A stretch of DNA of 64,000 nucleotides from an uncultured Chitinophagaceae bacterium (GCA_964537475.1 CAZIBY010000007.1:2837-66836); one strand, 5' to 3'. Positions 51,022-61,630 are shown, counted from the first letter of the stretch. Notes: generated by a model not told the origin, from the sequence alone. Translations and numbers: made by a program.

Positions 51022-51876
51022 ATGAGTTTCTATCACTTTAAAAAATGGCAGGATTTATCAACAGCTGCAATAGCACAGTTTGATGAAAGTTCAATAGAAC
51101 TGCAGCGAACTTCAGAGCGAGTCAAAGAAGAAATGTCAAAGGCCCGTGACGAGCATGACGATAGCGGAGCCAAAAGTTATTACGCTAAGGCGCAATTGCT
51201 TCCTCCTGGAACAAAACCAAAAGGTACTAGGGAAAACTGGACTAATCTTGATAAAGAACTGGATAAAATCATTTTTAAAGGATGTAAAGATTTCAAACGT
51301 CACATTGAAGAAAAGCGAGACGAAAATTCAGCTCCATATAGCGATGATCAACAAAAGGTTGTGGATTGGCTAGACCACGAAATAGATCTTGGAGAGAAGC
51401 AAGCAGAGAGGGAAAAAAAGTCGAAACGTTCACTCGATGAATCGCAAGATAAGATTATGAGTGAGCATGAAATGTCTAAGAGCAAACGTAACTCTGTAAA
51501 GTCCGAGAAGTCGATGGATGACAGCCAGGACAAAATGAAAAACATGTTAGGCGGAGGAAGTGATCCATCAGATAGTCCTTCTGATTCAAAAACTGATGGA
51601 CCCTCTGATGATGGTCCCCCAAATGGTAGTGATCCATCACCAAAGGGTAAAAATGAGATCAGCAACAATCAGTCGCCGAACGAAAAAAGTGATCACCCCG
51701 AAAGCAATACTTTGAACAAGCCTGAACAAAATAAAACGGAAGAGCAAAAACCTTCCTCCAACTCACAGCAAGAAATTAGCCAACAAGAAAGTGAAGAAAG
51801 GATGAAACAGTATCGGGAACGTTTAAATGCACAAAAGGAAAAAGGTAAGAATAAAGATCGAGACTATGATCGTTAA
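51022..51876 (+). CDS. Hypothetical hydrophilic, low-complexity protein with a relaxase-like charged tail
   Basis: S/D/P-rich centre; ends KEKGKNKDRDYDR; converges on virD4 with a 4-bp overlap. Confidence 0.65.
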   Translation: MSFYHFKKWQDLSTAAIAQFDESSIELQRTSERVKEEMSKARDEHDDSGAKSYYAKAQLLPPGTKPKGTRENWTNLDKELDKIIFKGCKDFKRHIEEKRDENSAPYSDDQQKVVDWLDHEIDLGEKQAEREKKSKRSLDESQDKIMSEHEMSKSKRNSVKSEKSMDDSQDKMKNMLGGGSDPSDSPSDSKTDGPSDDGPPNGSDPSPKGKNEISNNQSPNEKSDHPESNTLNKPEQNKTEEQKPSSNSQQEISQQESEERMKQYRERLNAQKEKGKNKDRDYDR

Positions 51877-54311
51877 CCTCGCTTCTTGTGATAGGGATTA
51901 GCATCGTAATCTTCGCCCTCTATAAGTTCAGGCATATCCAAATATGAGCGTTTGGCAAATCGCGCTGGATAGTTTTGGTCTATTACAGTAAAGATTTCCT
52001 TTCCCGATGCAATGCGAAGTTCATCAGGGTTAATCAATAATCGCCCTTCAGCACCATCTAAAAATCCGAGCCTGCTATGAAGCGCATGTGTGGTTTGCCC
52101 AAACATTTGTGAAATATATCCCGTACTAAAATTATCTGATATGTTGAAGAAGTGGCGTATTGAACAGGAGCTCATGAATCCTTCCCAATGCTTTCCATGC
52201 ATATCTGCTAGTTGATTCAAATTCTGTAAGATTGCCCAAATATGTACTCCATATCCGGCATAAGTACCTAATGCGGTATCTACTTCTGAGATATAATCGA
52301 GCGCATAATATTCGTCCAGCAGGAAACAAACATCCTTATTGGGGTTACGTATTACAGTTCTTAATGCTGTAGTCACAATCAATCGCAGCCATTGTTTATG
52401 CGTTGTGAGTTTATCGGCTGGGATTATAACATAGACGGCAGTATTACCATCCATCAAATCAGACATTTTGAATTCAGTTGAAAGAAGCGCTCTCTGCAAT
52501 GGCGGTGACTTGATAAAGTCAGTATTACTAAAGACGCTTGCCATGATCGCACTATACATTTTTTCATTATTTCTCATGACAATTATTTCACTGGCCACAG
52601 CTCTAACAGCTAAAATAGTACTACCTGCCATTTGTATGAGAAATTCGTCCAATTCATCTTCGGCCAACCTGGTTACTTCATAGAGATAAGTGAGATTTTT
52701 TTTATCCTTTGGAGCCTTGTCTGCAATGTGCATGATAAAGCCCGCAACAAGTGACCTTGCGCGGTCGTCCCAGAATGTATCTTTGTTAGTTTCCGCTTTG
52801 CTAATCGGAATAATCATTTCGGCAATGATGCTGGCATCGTCAACAAAATTATCATCATCTTTGTTTGTCAAAAGATCTAAGGGATTATATGATGAGCCTT
52901 TAAGATGAGGACATTCATTGACGAGTAAATCCCATGGATTCAAAATAATGACTTTACGGCCAAGCTTTTCTGCCTGTATTCTTGCGGTAACCGCCGCATT
53001 CTCTCCTTTAGGATCAACAATTAAAAATGAACCTTCAAACCGTCCAACCTTAGTAAGGTTCGGAATGATAAGGTTTACTCCTTTTCCTCCTCTTGTACCT
53101 GCAACCGTAAGAATATGGCCTCTTTTGTCGTAGTACTGTCCATTACCAATATATATCCCTTTAGCCTCTTCATCCGACTGTAAACTATCTTTCAAATCTT
53201 CCTCTGTTGCAAAGCGAGCCGTACCGTGTTTTGCAACGTCGAAGTGATACTTATAAATCCTGTGCCGCCATCCCTCAAAGAAAAACCATGAAGCCTTAAA
53301 TAATGCGAAGGCCGTTGAGACCCATGTGATTAAAAATGCGATCAATAATATGGGGACGACAATGAATAGAACGATAGGAACGAGAATTGCAAAAATCACA
53401 CTCATGAACTTAGGCATATGTATATGCATGTTATGAATGAGATTAGGAATCAGATGGAGAAAAAATATAAAATATTGATACGCTGTATGAAAGATTCCAA
53501 AGCCATATTCTGACGCGATGTTTGCTATACCCCATATTAATATAACAGGCAAAAGAAAAAAGGCGATAGCTCCCGTGGCCAAACCAATGTAGAGCGGTAC
53601 CATAGCTCCAAAGATCATGGCTACATACAGTAGCCTAGGCTGTCCATTTAATACAGGGTCTACTTTAGCATCTCGCAGTTTCAAATTATCAAACGCCCAG
53701 CGATAGCAAGCCATCGCTAACCATGCAGATGCTGGGCTAATCATGCATAAAAGAAACAGCCACAGCATATAGGGGAATTCTTCTGTCTCAACACGGGGAA
53801 AGAGTGCTTGCATCACTTCCTTCCAATATGTGCGATTCAAAAAGAGTTGTTCGAAATCGTAGTAGAAAAGACTTTGCAGCTTGTAAGGAAACACCTTTCT
53901 AAATGGCCATAGAAGGAACCTGACAATTTTCAATGATATTTTCAGATAAAGCTTTACGTACCAGATGATGAATGGTCTGAGAATACGCCACGCTTCTTTT
54001 AAATTATGTATGCAATAGAGTTTCCAAGTTCTCCATAACCGATCAGAGACAGGTGTGTTATTGATTATCTCATCCTCAGTAATAATATTTGGCTCAAACA
54101 CCTCATTAACAGTTGAGCTGGGTTGTGTGTCGGCATTAGCCTTATTATCAAAATTACTATCGTTGGAGGAAGTTTCCTCATTGTCGACCTGAGTAGGTCG
54201 AGTCATTGATTTGCGAAGTTTATGAAACGCTTCTTTTGCTATTCGTAGAGAATCATTGATCTCAAACTTTACCTCCTTAATGAAATTGGCAAGTTCCTTC
54301 CTTAGGCCCAT
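51873..54311 (-). CDS. virD4: Type IV coupling protein (VirD4/TraG family)
   Basis: HGTARFA; Walker A AGTRGGKG; VDPKGE; WDDRA; Walker B LLDEY; ILQNLNQL. Confidence 0.9.
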   Translation of the reverse strand: MGLRKELANFIKEVKFEINDSLRIAKEAFHKLRKSMTRPTQVDNEETSSNDSNFDNKANADTQPSSTVNEVFEPNIITEDEIINNTPVSDRLWRTWKLYCIHNLKEAWRILRPFIIWYVKLYLKISLKIVRFLLWPFRKVFPYKLQSLFYYDFEQLFLNRTYWKEVMQALFPRVETEEFPYMLWLFLLCMISPASAWLAMACYRWAFDNLKLRDAKVDPVLNGQPRLLYVAMIFGAMVPLYIGLATGAIAFFLLPVILIWGIANIASEYGFGIFHTAYQYFIFFLHLIPNLIHNMHIHMPKFMSVIFAILVPIVLFIVVPILLIAFLITWVSTAFALFKASWFFFEGWRHRIYKYHFDVAKHGTARFATEEDLKDSLQSDEEAKGIYIGNGQYYDKRGHILTVAGTRGGKGVNLIIPNLTKVGRFEGSFLIVDPKGENAAVTARIQAEKLGRKVIILNPWDLLVNECPHLKGSSYNPLDLLTNKDDDNFVDDASIIAEMIIPISKAETNKDTFWDDRARSLVAGFIMHIADKAPKDKKNLTYLYEVTRLAEDELDEFLIQMAGSTILAVRAVASEIIVMRNNEKMYSAIMASVFSNTDFIKSPPLQRALLSTEFKMSDLMDGNTAVYVIIPADKLTTHKQWLRLIVTTALRTVIRNPNKDVCFLLDEYYALDYISEVDTALGTYAGYGVHIWAILQNLNQLADMHGKHWEGFMSSCSIRHFFNISDNFSTGYISQMFGQTTHALHSRLGFLDGAEGRLLINPDELRIASGKEIFTVIDQNYPARFAKRSYLDMPELIEGEDYDANPYHKKRG

Positions 54312-54493
54312 AAATTTTATTGAGCTACAAAATCAATAAAATTATCTTATATGTGCAATACCCAAAAAAGGGTATAGTTATAGGTTACCCTTGAAAAGGG
54401 GATTGAATGTAAAACCGCCGCCCCTTTCGAGACGACGGCTGAACCTATGAAAACTTAAAGCTGATTTCGTGAACGTATTAAACAAAGTATACT

Positions 54494-55195
54494 CTAGTAA
54501 TTGTATGAAGTTGTAATTGTCCCGGATGGCATAGTTTGCAATTCCGTTGTAACACGACCTTGCGCATCCGTTTGATAGGTATAGTTATTATTTATGTTTC
54601 CTTGAGTTGATGAGCTGATAAGATTTGTATTGTGCTTACCTAGAAATTTCAAACCAAAATCGCGGTTGTCTTTTTGTTGGCTAAAACTGTATGTGATGAG
54701 AGTATTGCTAATATTTAGAACGTTTGAGGAAATTATATTGCTATTGGACATCACGTAGACTGTAGTATCCATTTGACCAAGTGCCGGATCATAGTTAATC
54801 GCTCTAAGTAAGTAACCATTACCATCATAGGTGTAGATACCGCCCTTGCTATCACTGACTGCTAGACCCTGGGTATTAAGATTGAAGGTAGTCGTATCGT
54901 AAGAATAGCCGAGTATGTGCGGTAGTTTTATCCTGACTACTGAGTTACCGCTATAAGAATAGTTCTCTTCATAGATTTCTCCGTTAGCGTAAGTCACCCG
55001 ACCTTGTGCATCATACTGATAGGTTTTATACTCAGTGATGGAGCTGCCATTTGAGTTATCAGTAATGATTGACGATACAACTTTGGTTGTCGTGGAATTG
55101 CCGTTTCCATTGCCATTGCTAACGGAATTGTCTTTTTTGCACGAAGAAAAAATCAGCAGGGTGAGTAGTGAAAAATACAATATTGATTGTTTCAT
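54494..55195 (-). CDS. Lipoprotein with YD-like beta repeats
   Basis: Lipobox FSSC; YQYDAQGRV, YTYDGNGYL and YQTDAQGRV repeats. Confidence 0.75.
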   Translation of the reverse strand: MKQSILYFSLLTLLIFSSCKKDNSVSNGNGNGNSTTTKVVSSIITDNSNGSSITEYKTYQYDAQGRVTYANGEIYEENYSYSGNSVVRIKLPHILGYSYDTTTFNLNTQGLAVSDSKGGIYTYDGNGYLLRAINYDPALGQMDTTVYVMSNSNIISSNVLNISNTLITYSFSQQKDNRDFGLKFLGKHNTNLISSSTQGNINNNYTYQTDAQGRVTTELQTMPSGTITTSYNY

Positions 55196-55210
55196 AAAAA
55201 ATAGATTGTT

Positions 55211-56950
55211 TTATTGATGAATAATTACTTTTTGAGAAAATGATTTGTTGGCAGATTGAAATTGTAAGAGATAAAGACCCGTTGGCAGTTCAAGGCTGAT
55301 TGGAGTTTTATTTTCCGTTACTTGTCGCTGATACACGTTTTCGCCAATACTGTTATATAGGATTACATCACCCGAGTTTGGCGTTTGAAAGATGAATGAA
55401 CCATTATTAGGATTAGGATAGATGCCTATTGCATTTGGTCCAACGTTCTTTATCCCTGTTGAAGTATAGGCTATTGAATTAGATGTTGCCGAGCCGCAAT
55501 TATTGGTAACGATAACAGTATAGTTGCCGTTTTGTGTTGGATTATAGTATTGGCCTGTTGCACCTGGGATTAAAACGCCGTTCAGATACCATTGATTGCC
55601 AAATGAGGCATCACTTTCTAAACCTGTACCATTATCATAGATTGTAGCGGAAGAAGGTGCACCAGTGGCTAGATATGGCTGTGAGGATGTAACAACGCTC
55701 CAATTGGCTAAGTTATCCTGTAACTGGTAATAAAAGTTAGTTGTGCCTGAATACGCGCTATTACAGAAGTCAATAAAGCTATTATAGCCAATTACACGCG
55801 CAGGCGTGAAATTGATATAAGCCATATCACTTGGCGGGTTTGTGTGATCTGTCCAATAACGGACAGCCTTAATCTTGGAGATATTAGGATCTTGCGCTGA
55901 TGCCCCTAGGCTGAACCCTAACATTCCATTATTGGTATTGGTCGCTACATTAAGCCTTATCCAATGGGGGTTGAAAGGCACCATTCCATCCTTCCACTTA
56001 TATTGTGCTCCATAGATACCCACTTGGGTGTGTCCAATACCCAAAGTATCAGCAACCGGATTGATAATATGGAAGTCATTGACAAAGCTATAGGTTGTGT
56101 AATCGTTAGGGTTGTACCAGTAGGTGAAGATTGAATTGGGCGAAGTCCAATAAGGATTTTGGGTTTGGCTAACAATATGCGTCCCAAATGTCAGAGACCC
56201 CCCCGGTTTGAGTATCCATGCATTATTTGTAAAACTTGAATGCTCGTCTACATTCAGGGCAGCAGTAGTACTGAAAAGGATAACATTGTTTTTGTAGATC
56301 ACGCCCTGATTTTGACTAGTAGCACTAAAGGTACTTGCACTTGCTATGATGCTATTACTTATAATTGTACCACTCACCGCGCCAGCTATCCAATGAACGT
56401 ATGAACCGTCAATATTCACCGTACTTGCGCCACCGAGATCAATATAATCTATGACACAGCCCTTGAAGCTGAGATTTGAAATATGATTGAAAGCTGTATT
56501 ACCTGTAGCAAGCAAGTAGTCAACTTTACAGCGATAGAACTTAATACCGGATGTTATATCATTGGCATTAATGGATAGGTAGACGTGATTGGTAAAGTCA
56601 ATTCCATGCATCTCGGCATTGCTACTACCATTTTGAAACACAATTTGTGCGCCACTAGCATAATCAAAGTGGGTAAGTATAGTACTATCAGGATCAGCGC
56701 CAGCGCCAACAATGACAACGCCCGATTTAATGTAAAGAGTACCGCCTAATTGAAAGTTTGCGGCGGGTAAGTAAAGCGTATCTCCGGTTAATGCGGAATC
56801 TATGATGGGCTGTAAGACGTAGCGGGTGTAAGGAGCAGTAATGTAATAAAACCTTGTTTGCCCATGTGATTGCTTAGCGATGACATCTTGGGCTGAAAGA
56901 CTCATCGCCGTTGAGAGAGATAGAATGATTGTAAGAAAAATGCATTTCAT
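55211..56950 (-). CDS. Secreted beta-helix-like protein with T9SS type A domain
   Basis: Signal peptide from ATG 56950; Asn/Ile-rich beta-helix-like core; QWYLNG Ig-like module; IYPNPN...GLYLL...KVIIH C-terminal domain. Confidence 0.8.
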   Translation of the reverse strand: MKCIFLTIILSLSTAMSLSAQDVIAKQSHGQTRFYYITAPYTRYVLQPIIDSALTGDTLYLPAANFQLGGTLYIKSGVVIVGAGADPDSTILTHFDYASGAQIVFQNGSSNAEMHGIDFTNHVYLSINANDITSGIKFYRCKVDYLLATGNTAFNHISNLSFKGCVIDYIDLGGASTVNIDGSYVHWIAGAVSGTIISNSIIASASTFSATSQNQGVIYKNNVILFSTTAALNVDEHSSFTNNAWILKPGGSLTFGTHIVSQTQNPYWTSPNSIFTYWYNPNDYTTYSFVNDFHIINPVADTLGIGHTQVGIYGAQYKWKDGMVPFNPHWIRLNVATNTNNGMLGFSLGASAQDPNISKIKAVRYWTDHTNPPSDMAYINFTPARVIGYNSFIDFCNSAYSGTTNFYYQLQDNLANWSVVTSSQPYLATGAPSSATIYDNGTGLESDASFGNQWYLNGVLIPGATGQYYNPTQNGNYTVIVTNNCGSATSNSIAYTSTGIKNVGPNAIGIYPNPNNGSFIFQTPNSGDVILYNSIGENVYQRQVTENKTPISLELPTGLYLLQFQSANKSFSQKVIIHQ

Positions 56951-57046
56951 GGCGGGTGCGGATTTGTGAAATGCAAAGCAAAACAAAAAAATCAAATACC
57001 CCAAATTTGGGGTGGTAGGGGTTTCTACTTAGCCGAACTTTGATAT

Positions 57047-57262
57047 GTGCCAAAGAGTGAAGAAACATTATTAAAGGAGTTTGGAAAAAGACTTGCAGCT
57101 ATCCGAAAAGAAAAGGGATTTAGCCAGGAGAAGCTTGCATGGGAAGCAGGAATTGGCGACAATCAGATAGGACGCTTTGAAAGAGGCGAAAACAGTGCCT
57201 CTATAACTCAGATATTCAAAATCTGTAAGGCCCTTAAGATTGAGGCTAAAGAATTATTTTAG
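57047..57262 (+). CDS. XRE-family HTH regulator
   Basis: GKRLAAIRKEKGFSQEKLA...IGRFERGE. Confidence 0.9.
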   Translation: MPKSEETLLKEFGKRLAAIRKEKGFSQEKLAWEAGIGDNQIGRFERGENSASITQIFKICKALKIEAKELF

Positions 57263-57577
57263 GTCTCAGTCCAATTAACAAGACTTCTTACTTCAAGGGA
57301 TGATAAATCTCTTGCTAGGGCGGTAGAGCATTTATACCGCATTACGGGTAAGCAGATCAATTTACTAAATCTTTTTTACACCTAATAATCAATTAGTTAT
57401 GCCTACTCCTCCTACAATGAAATCTATATTATTGATTTTTCTGATCAAAAAGGTACTTTTGCACTCCCTGTTAATAACAGAGAAATTGTAGTATAAATTC
57501 AACAGTAGTGATCTCAAAAATGATGAAGAAGTTTACTGCATAAAAAAGGGCAAAGTTTACCTAGCAAGGATAGTAAG

Positions 57578-58924
57578 ATGCAGACAATTGAATTTGGATT
57601 ATATGAAGGGCTCGTCGACGAATTAGAGGCGCGCATCATTGATAAATTTCGTGCTGGTAACCCAGAGCCGCCATTGCTATTAGACTTCAGTTCGATTCAA
57701 TTTATTCGCGTCGAATCTCTCGTGTATCTTGTTTCATTTATTGCAAGACGTCACAAGCAAAATATTGAGACTAAAATCAAGTATTATTCTAACACTACTA
57801 TCCGGCAGTTTCTTAATACTTCCCGTTTCTTTGAGACGATTGAAGATGTCTGCGGCCTAGCAATTACAGATTTAGTAGTTGACTTACCTGCGAATTTTGA
57901 GAAAACAGCGCTGTCAATTGATTATTTCAAACGGTCAAAATTTGAACTTTCACCGGACGGGACACAGCGTGAATTAACAGAGAAAGAAAAAATAGAATAT
58001 TTAAAAGAAAAGGGCTTCTATCCTCTATCATCATTGGCATTTGAAGATGATATTCAGAAATCTAATACATTAAAAGAAGAACCTAAGAATTGGACAGAGG
58101 GGAAACCTATTGTTTCAATTATTCAGAAAAATCTCCCCGAAAAAGTGGTCGTAGGTGATAAAATATCAAAACATATCATCTATGAAAGTATTACCAATGC
58201 TATTAGACACCCCAAAAGTGGTAAGCTTGTTATCTCATGTATCAGACAAGACAACTATTATACACTTGTGATTTGGGACAATGGAGAAAGCATTGTTGAA
58301 ACGCTAATGGGAGAATTGGAAAAAGGAAATTCAATAAAAGCGGAATCATCTGACGATGATTTTCACTCTTGTTATTGTGTCGTAAAAAATAAGATACCTG
58401 GTCGACCAAAGGCTGAGAACTTCGACTATTTCTTCTCCTATGATATCCCCAATTTAAATGAGGTGGATGAAACCAAATTATATAGAAAAGAGAAATGGTT
58501 TGTTTTGCTTTCTTCCCTTTTTCCGGGTATTACACGAGATCCCCAAGGTGCTGACTATGATAAGAGAAAAATCCTTAACGAAGTCGAAAAGCCACCCTTA
58601 ACGGGAAGAGGGCTAACTTATCTTATCAATGCGGCAGTTAGAAATTTTGGTGGAGAAGTTCGGATAAGAACTAGTAACTATTTTGTAAACATCAAACAGG
58701 CTGAAAAAGATTATAAAACTTTACCAACGCTTTTCTTTAATAATTTCAAAAACGATTATTACGTCATAGACTATAAAGAAAAATATGACGCTGAGAATAT
58801 TGAACCCCAAAATAAGAAGATTATAAACAGTTTATTCAGAGCCAAGGTTGAGGAATTTTCTAATAATTACCCTCCTTTTGAAGGCAACATGATTACTGTT
58901 CATATTCCGCAAATGAGCCTATGA
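57578..58924 (+). CDS. STAS-like + GHKL/HATPase_c protein
   Basis: LLLDFSSIQFI STAS-like strand; ESITNAIRH N-box; WDNGES G1 and GRGLTYL G2 boxes. Confidence 0.7.
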   Translation: MQTIEFGLYEGLVDELEARIIDKFRAGNPEPPLLLDFSSIQFIRVESLVYLVSFIARRHKQNIETKIKYYSNTTIRQFLNTSRFFETIEDVCGLAITDLVVDLPANFEKTALSIDYFKRSKFELSPDGTQRELTEKEKIEYLKEKGFYPLSSLAFEDDIQKSNTLKEEPKNWTEGKPIVSIIQKNLPEKVVVGDKISKHIIYESITNAIRHPKSGKLVISCIRQDNYYTLVIWDNGESIVETLMGELEKGNSIKAESSDDDFHSCYCVVKNKIPGRPKAENFDYFFSYDIPNLNEVDETKLYRKEKWFVLLSSLFPGITRDPQGADYDKRKILNEVEKPPLTGRGLTYLINAAVRNFGGEVRIRTSNYFVNIKQAEKDYKTLPTLFFNNFKNDYYVIDYKEKYDAENIEPQNKKIINSLFRAKVEEFSNNYPPFEGNMITVHIPQMSL

Positions 58925-60804
58925 TAACCCTATATCCTTTTCTTTTTCGATTTGGAATTTCATTCAATTATAGTATTCCTAAAGAGATTATTGAATCTGT
59001 CAGAGTTTTTTTCCAAGCGAAATACAGTATAAACATTAACCTAAATCAATCCGCTGATAGCTACGATTGCATTGCAATTTCGGATAAAGATGCTGAGTAT
59101 ACACCAATACTTGGAAATAGATTTACAGAGAGATTAAACGAGTATGGCATCGCAGATTTTCAACAATCAATATTGTTTATTGATATAAAGAGCGTCTACA
59201 GTCATAAATTCGTTGACAGCTTTTTGATACCAGAGATTATAAAAATTAAAAATGAGCATAAATTAAAAACGGGTACGTTCCCTAATTTCATTCTTTATTT
59301 TGATGAATTAGAAAGTAAATCGTTGACCTATGATAAATTATTTACCAGTCATGCTTCAAATAAGATCTTAGATTTTTGTTATGTTTTTGACAAAAATGGC
59401 AATTTTCTTAATCCCAAATTGGAAATTGCTGCGGATAGTAATCTTCACACGCTAGTAAACGACACTTCTACTTCAGCACTCGAAAGATTCCAATTCAAAC
59501 TCGTAAGAAAAATTAATCATTTTGAAAGGCTGGATGATAACAGCCATTCATGGGCCGCTTGCCAACAATTTTTTTACGAAGGTCAAAATTGTGATGAAGA
59601 AGTTTTTCAGCTTTTAAAAGAAGAACTCCTTAAAATGCACAAGGAGGGTATTAACCCTCATTACATCGTATATCATACGTTATATTCTGAATGGCTAACT
59701 AGAGCAATCGAGTCCGTGTCGAATACTATTGGATCAAGATCATTCGAGGATGTGTTTACGCATTATTCGAAAAAGCACTCCACTGAAGGCGAGAATCATC
59801 TTAATCTTGCTGGTGTTAACGACATACGAAACAGTGATGATTGGATTTCAGATGAAGAAGGATTGGAGATCGTATTTATTACAGACTTAATTCATACTGG
59901 AAATACCTTTAAAGAGAAAATAAAGAAAGTTTCTAAGAAATTCCCTAATGCGAAAATCACTTGCTTGAGTGCGTTGGTGACAGATCATGCTTATGAAGAG
60001 AATAAAAGTACAAATCAAGAAACAGATAGGAAATTTCAAATTAACAGCCACGTTGTTAGATATTTTAAAAAAGTTGAACAAATCTACATTCCGAGATCAT
60101 CCAACGGCACTAAATGCCATATGTGCAAACATAATCTGCTCCCGCCAGCTAATATAAAAGCCGATATTCTTCCGGGTTTATCAAGCTATGAAATGTGGTT
60201 AATGAGCGAAGAATCAGGGTATAAAATTGAGGATTACCGTCCTAGAAGAAGAGAAGATGTGAATAGGTTAGTACCCCACTCTCTCAAACTTTTCAAAAAA
60301 AACGGCACTCTATTGGCGATTAAATTTGAGGAGCAATTAAAACTAGCAGAAATATACCCCAATATTGAAATCGTCATCTTATTCCCCGATGAAACACAAA
60401 ATGACTATGAAGATGGGCTTCCTGAATCTATTGAAAAAACCCCTTCTGGATATTTTGCGAAATGCCTAAATTTTTACAACAATAAGTACACTTACTTAGG
60501 CATACCTCGGAAAATGATTAAGTTGTTGGAAGAGAAAAACGCGGATTGGGATAAGGTTCAAAAACAATTTCCTAAGATCCTAAAACAGATCGAAGATATT
60601 GACAAACCAATAGTCATTCTCGATGAAGCCAATTTTACAGGTAAAACATTCAGAACAATTGCTGACATTCTCCGTAACAAAGGCAAATATCCTGTATGCT
60701 ATTTCCCTATTTTTAATTATGATGCTCAAAGAACAAATGACGAGTTCAAAAAGGAATATGATTCAGTAAAGTTTCTAAATCTCTATGAATTAAATTTCGC
60801 ATGA
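58921..60804 (+). CDS. Protein with two type I phosphoribosyltransferase-like domains
   Basis: Two PRPP-loop-like motifs, IVFITDLIHTGNT and IVILDEANFTGKT; ATGA overlaps on both sides. Confidence 0.7.
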   Translation: MITLYPFLFRFGISFNYSIPKEIIESVRVFFQAKYSININLNQSADSYDCIAISDKDAEYTPILGNRFTERLNEYGIADFQQSILFIDIKSVYSHKFVDSFLIPEIIKIKNEHKLKTGTFPNFILYFDELESKSLTYDKLFTSHASNKILDFCYVFDKNGNFLNPKLEIAADSNLHTLVNDTSTSALERFQFKLVRKINHFERLDDNSHSWAACQQFFYEGQNCDEEVFQLLKEELLKMHKEGINPHYIVYHTLYSEWLTRAIESVSNTIGSRSFEDVFTHYSKKHSTEGENHLNLAGVNDIRNSDDWISDEEGLEIVFITDLIHTGNTFKEKIKKVSKKFPNAKITCLSALVTDHAYEENKSTNQETDRKFQINSHVVRYFKKVEQIYIPRSSNGTKCHMCKHNLLPPANIKADILPGLSSYEMWLMSEESGYKIEDYRPRRREDVNRLVPHSLKLFKKNGTLLAIKFEEQLKLAEIYPNIEIVILFPDETQNDYEDGLPESIEKTPSGYFAKCLNFYNNKYTYLGIPRKMIKLLEEKNADWDKVQKQFPKILKQIEDIDKPIVILDEANFTGKTFRTIADILRNKGKYPVCYFPIFNYDAQRTNDEFKKEYDSVKFLNLYELNFA

Positions 60805-61532
60805 TTACAGTTGAGAAAATCTTATCTAACATTAAATCCATCGGCTATTTTCTAGCGAGTAAAAAAGACATTTTAGCTAATGCTGACTTCCATACTAAAA
60901 TAGAACAGGATGGCGGCGAATTAGTGGCTGATATCGTCGATCTTAAGCTAAGTGATTTACAATATAACCTAGATACATTAAACGAAATATTCAAACAAAT
61001 GAAACCTTCTGCCATTCAAAAAATTAAGATATGCATTGCTTCATCTCATTCTCTTAAAGAAGAACGTGAGGAAATAGAAACTTTCCTATTCAGGGAGAAT
61101 GACACTCTCGTGGATGATGGTATTTACCTCTACTACAATGTTTGGGAAAAACAATCTCTTCGATTTAATAACACTTATAAGCAAGAAGACTTCAACGAAG
61201 CTCTAGTAAACGAGAGTGATATATTTATATGCCTGATAGGTGATGCCGTCGGAAAATTTACCAAGGAGGAATTTGATAAAGCTAAAGAGCGCTTTACTAA
61301 AGGAGAAAAACCATTTGTATTTTACGTGTATTTTAAAGATTTTGAAGGTAAGCCAACTCATTTTTATGAATCTCAGGATTGGAAAAATAGAATTGAACTC
61401 AAAGATTATATTTTTTCCAAGTTAAATCAATGCGCTGGTACTTTTAAAAATAGCTCCGATTTGATTAGAAGGATAGACGCATCCCTAAAAGAAGATATCG
61501 AAATAGTAAAAAAGAAAACATCTACGCCGTAA
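60801..61532 (+). CDS. TIR-like/DUF4062-like domain protein
   Basis: ICIASSHSLKEERE...WEK...SDIFICLIG...FTKEEFDKA...VYFK. Confidence 0.7.
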   Translation: MITVEKILSNIKSIGYFLASKKDILANADFHTKIEQDGGELVADIVDLKLSDLQYNLDTLNEIFKQMKPSAIQKIKICIASSHSLKEEREEIETFLFRENDTLVDDGIYLYYNVWEKQSLRFNNTYKQEDFNEALVNESDIFICLIGDAVGKFTKEEFDKAKERFTKGEKPFVFYVYFKDFEGKPTHFYESQDWKNRIELKDYIFSKLNQCAGTFKNSSDLIRRIDASLKEDIEIVKKKTSTP

Positions 61533-61630
61533 GATCGTAATTAAAGTTTCTCACAATCTGCACTCGGAAATAATTTATGGCAATCACGGGCTATCCGCAG
61601 TACATGATACTTGCTCCTATCCCTATTGCA

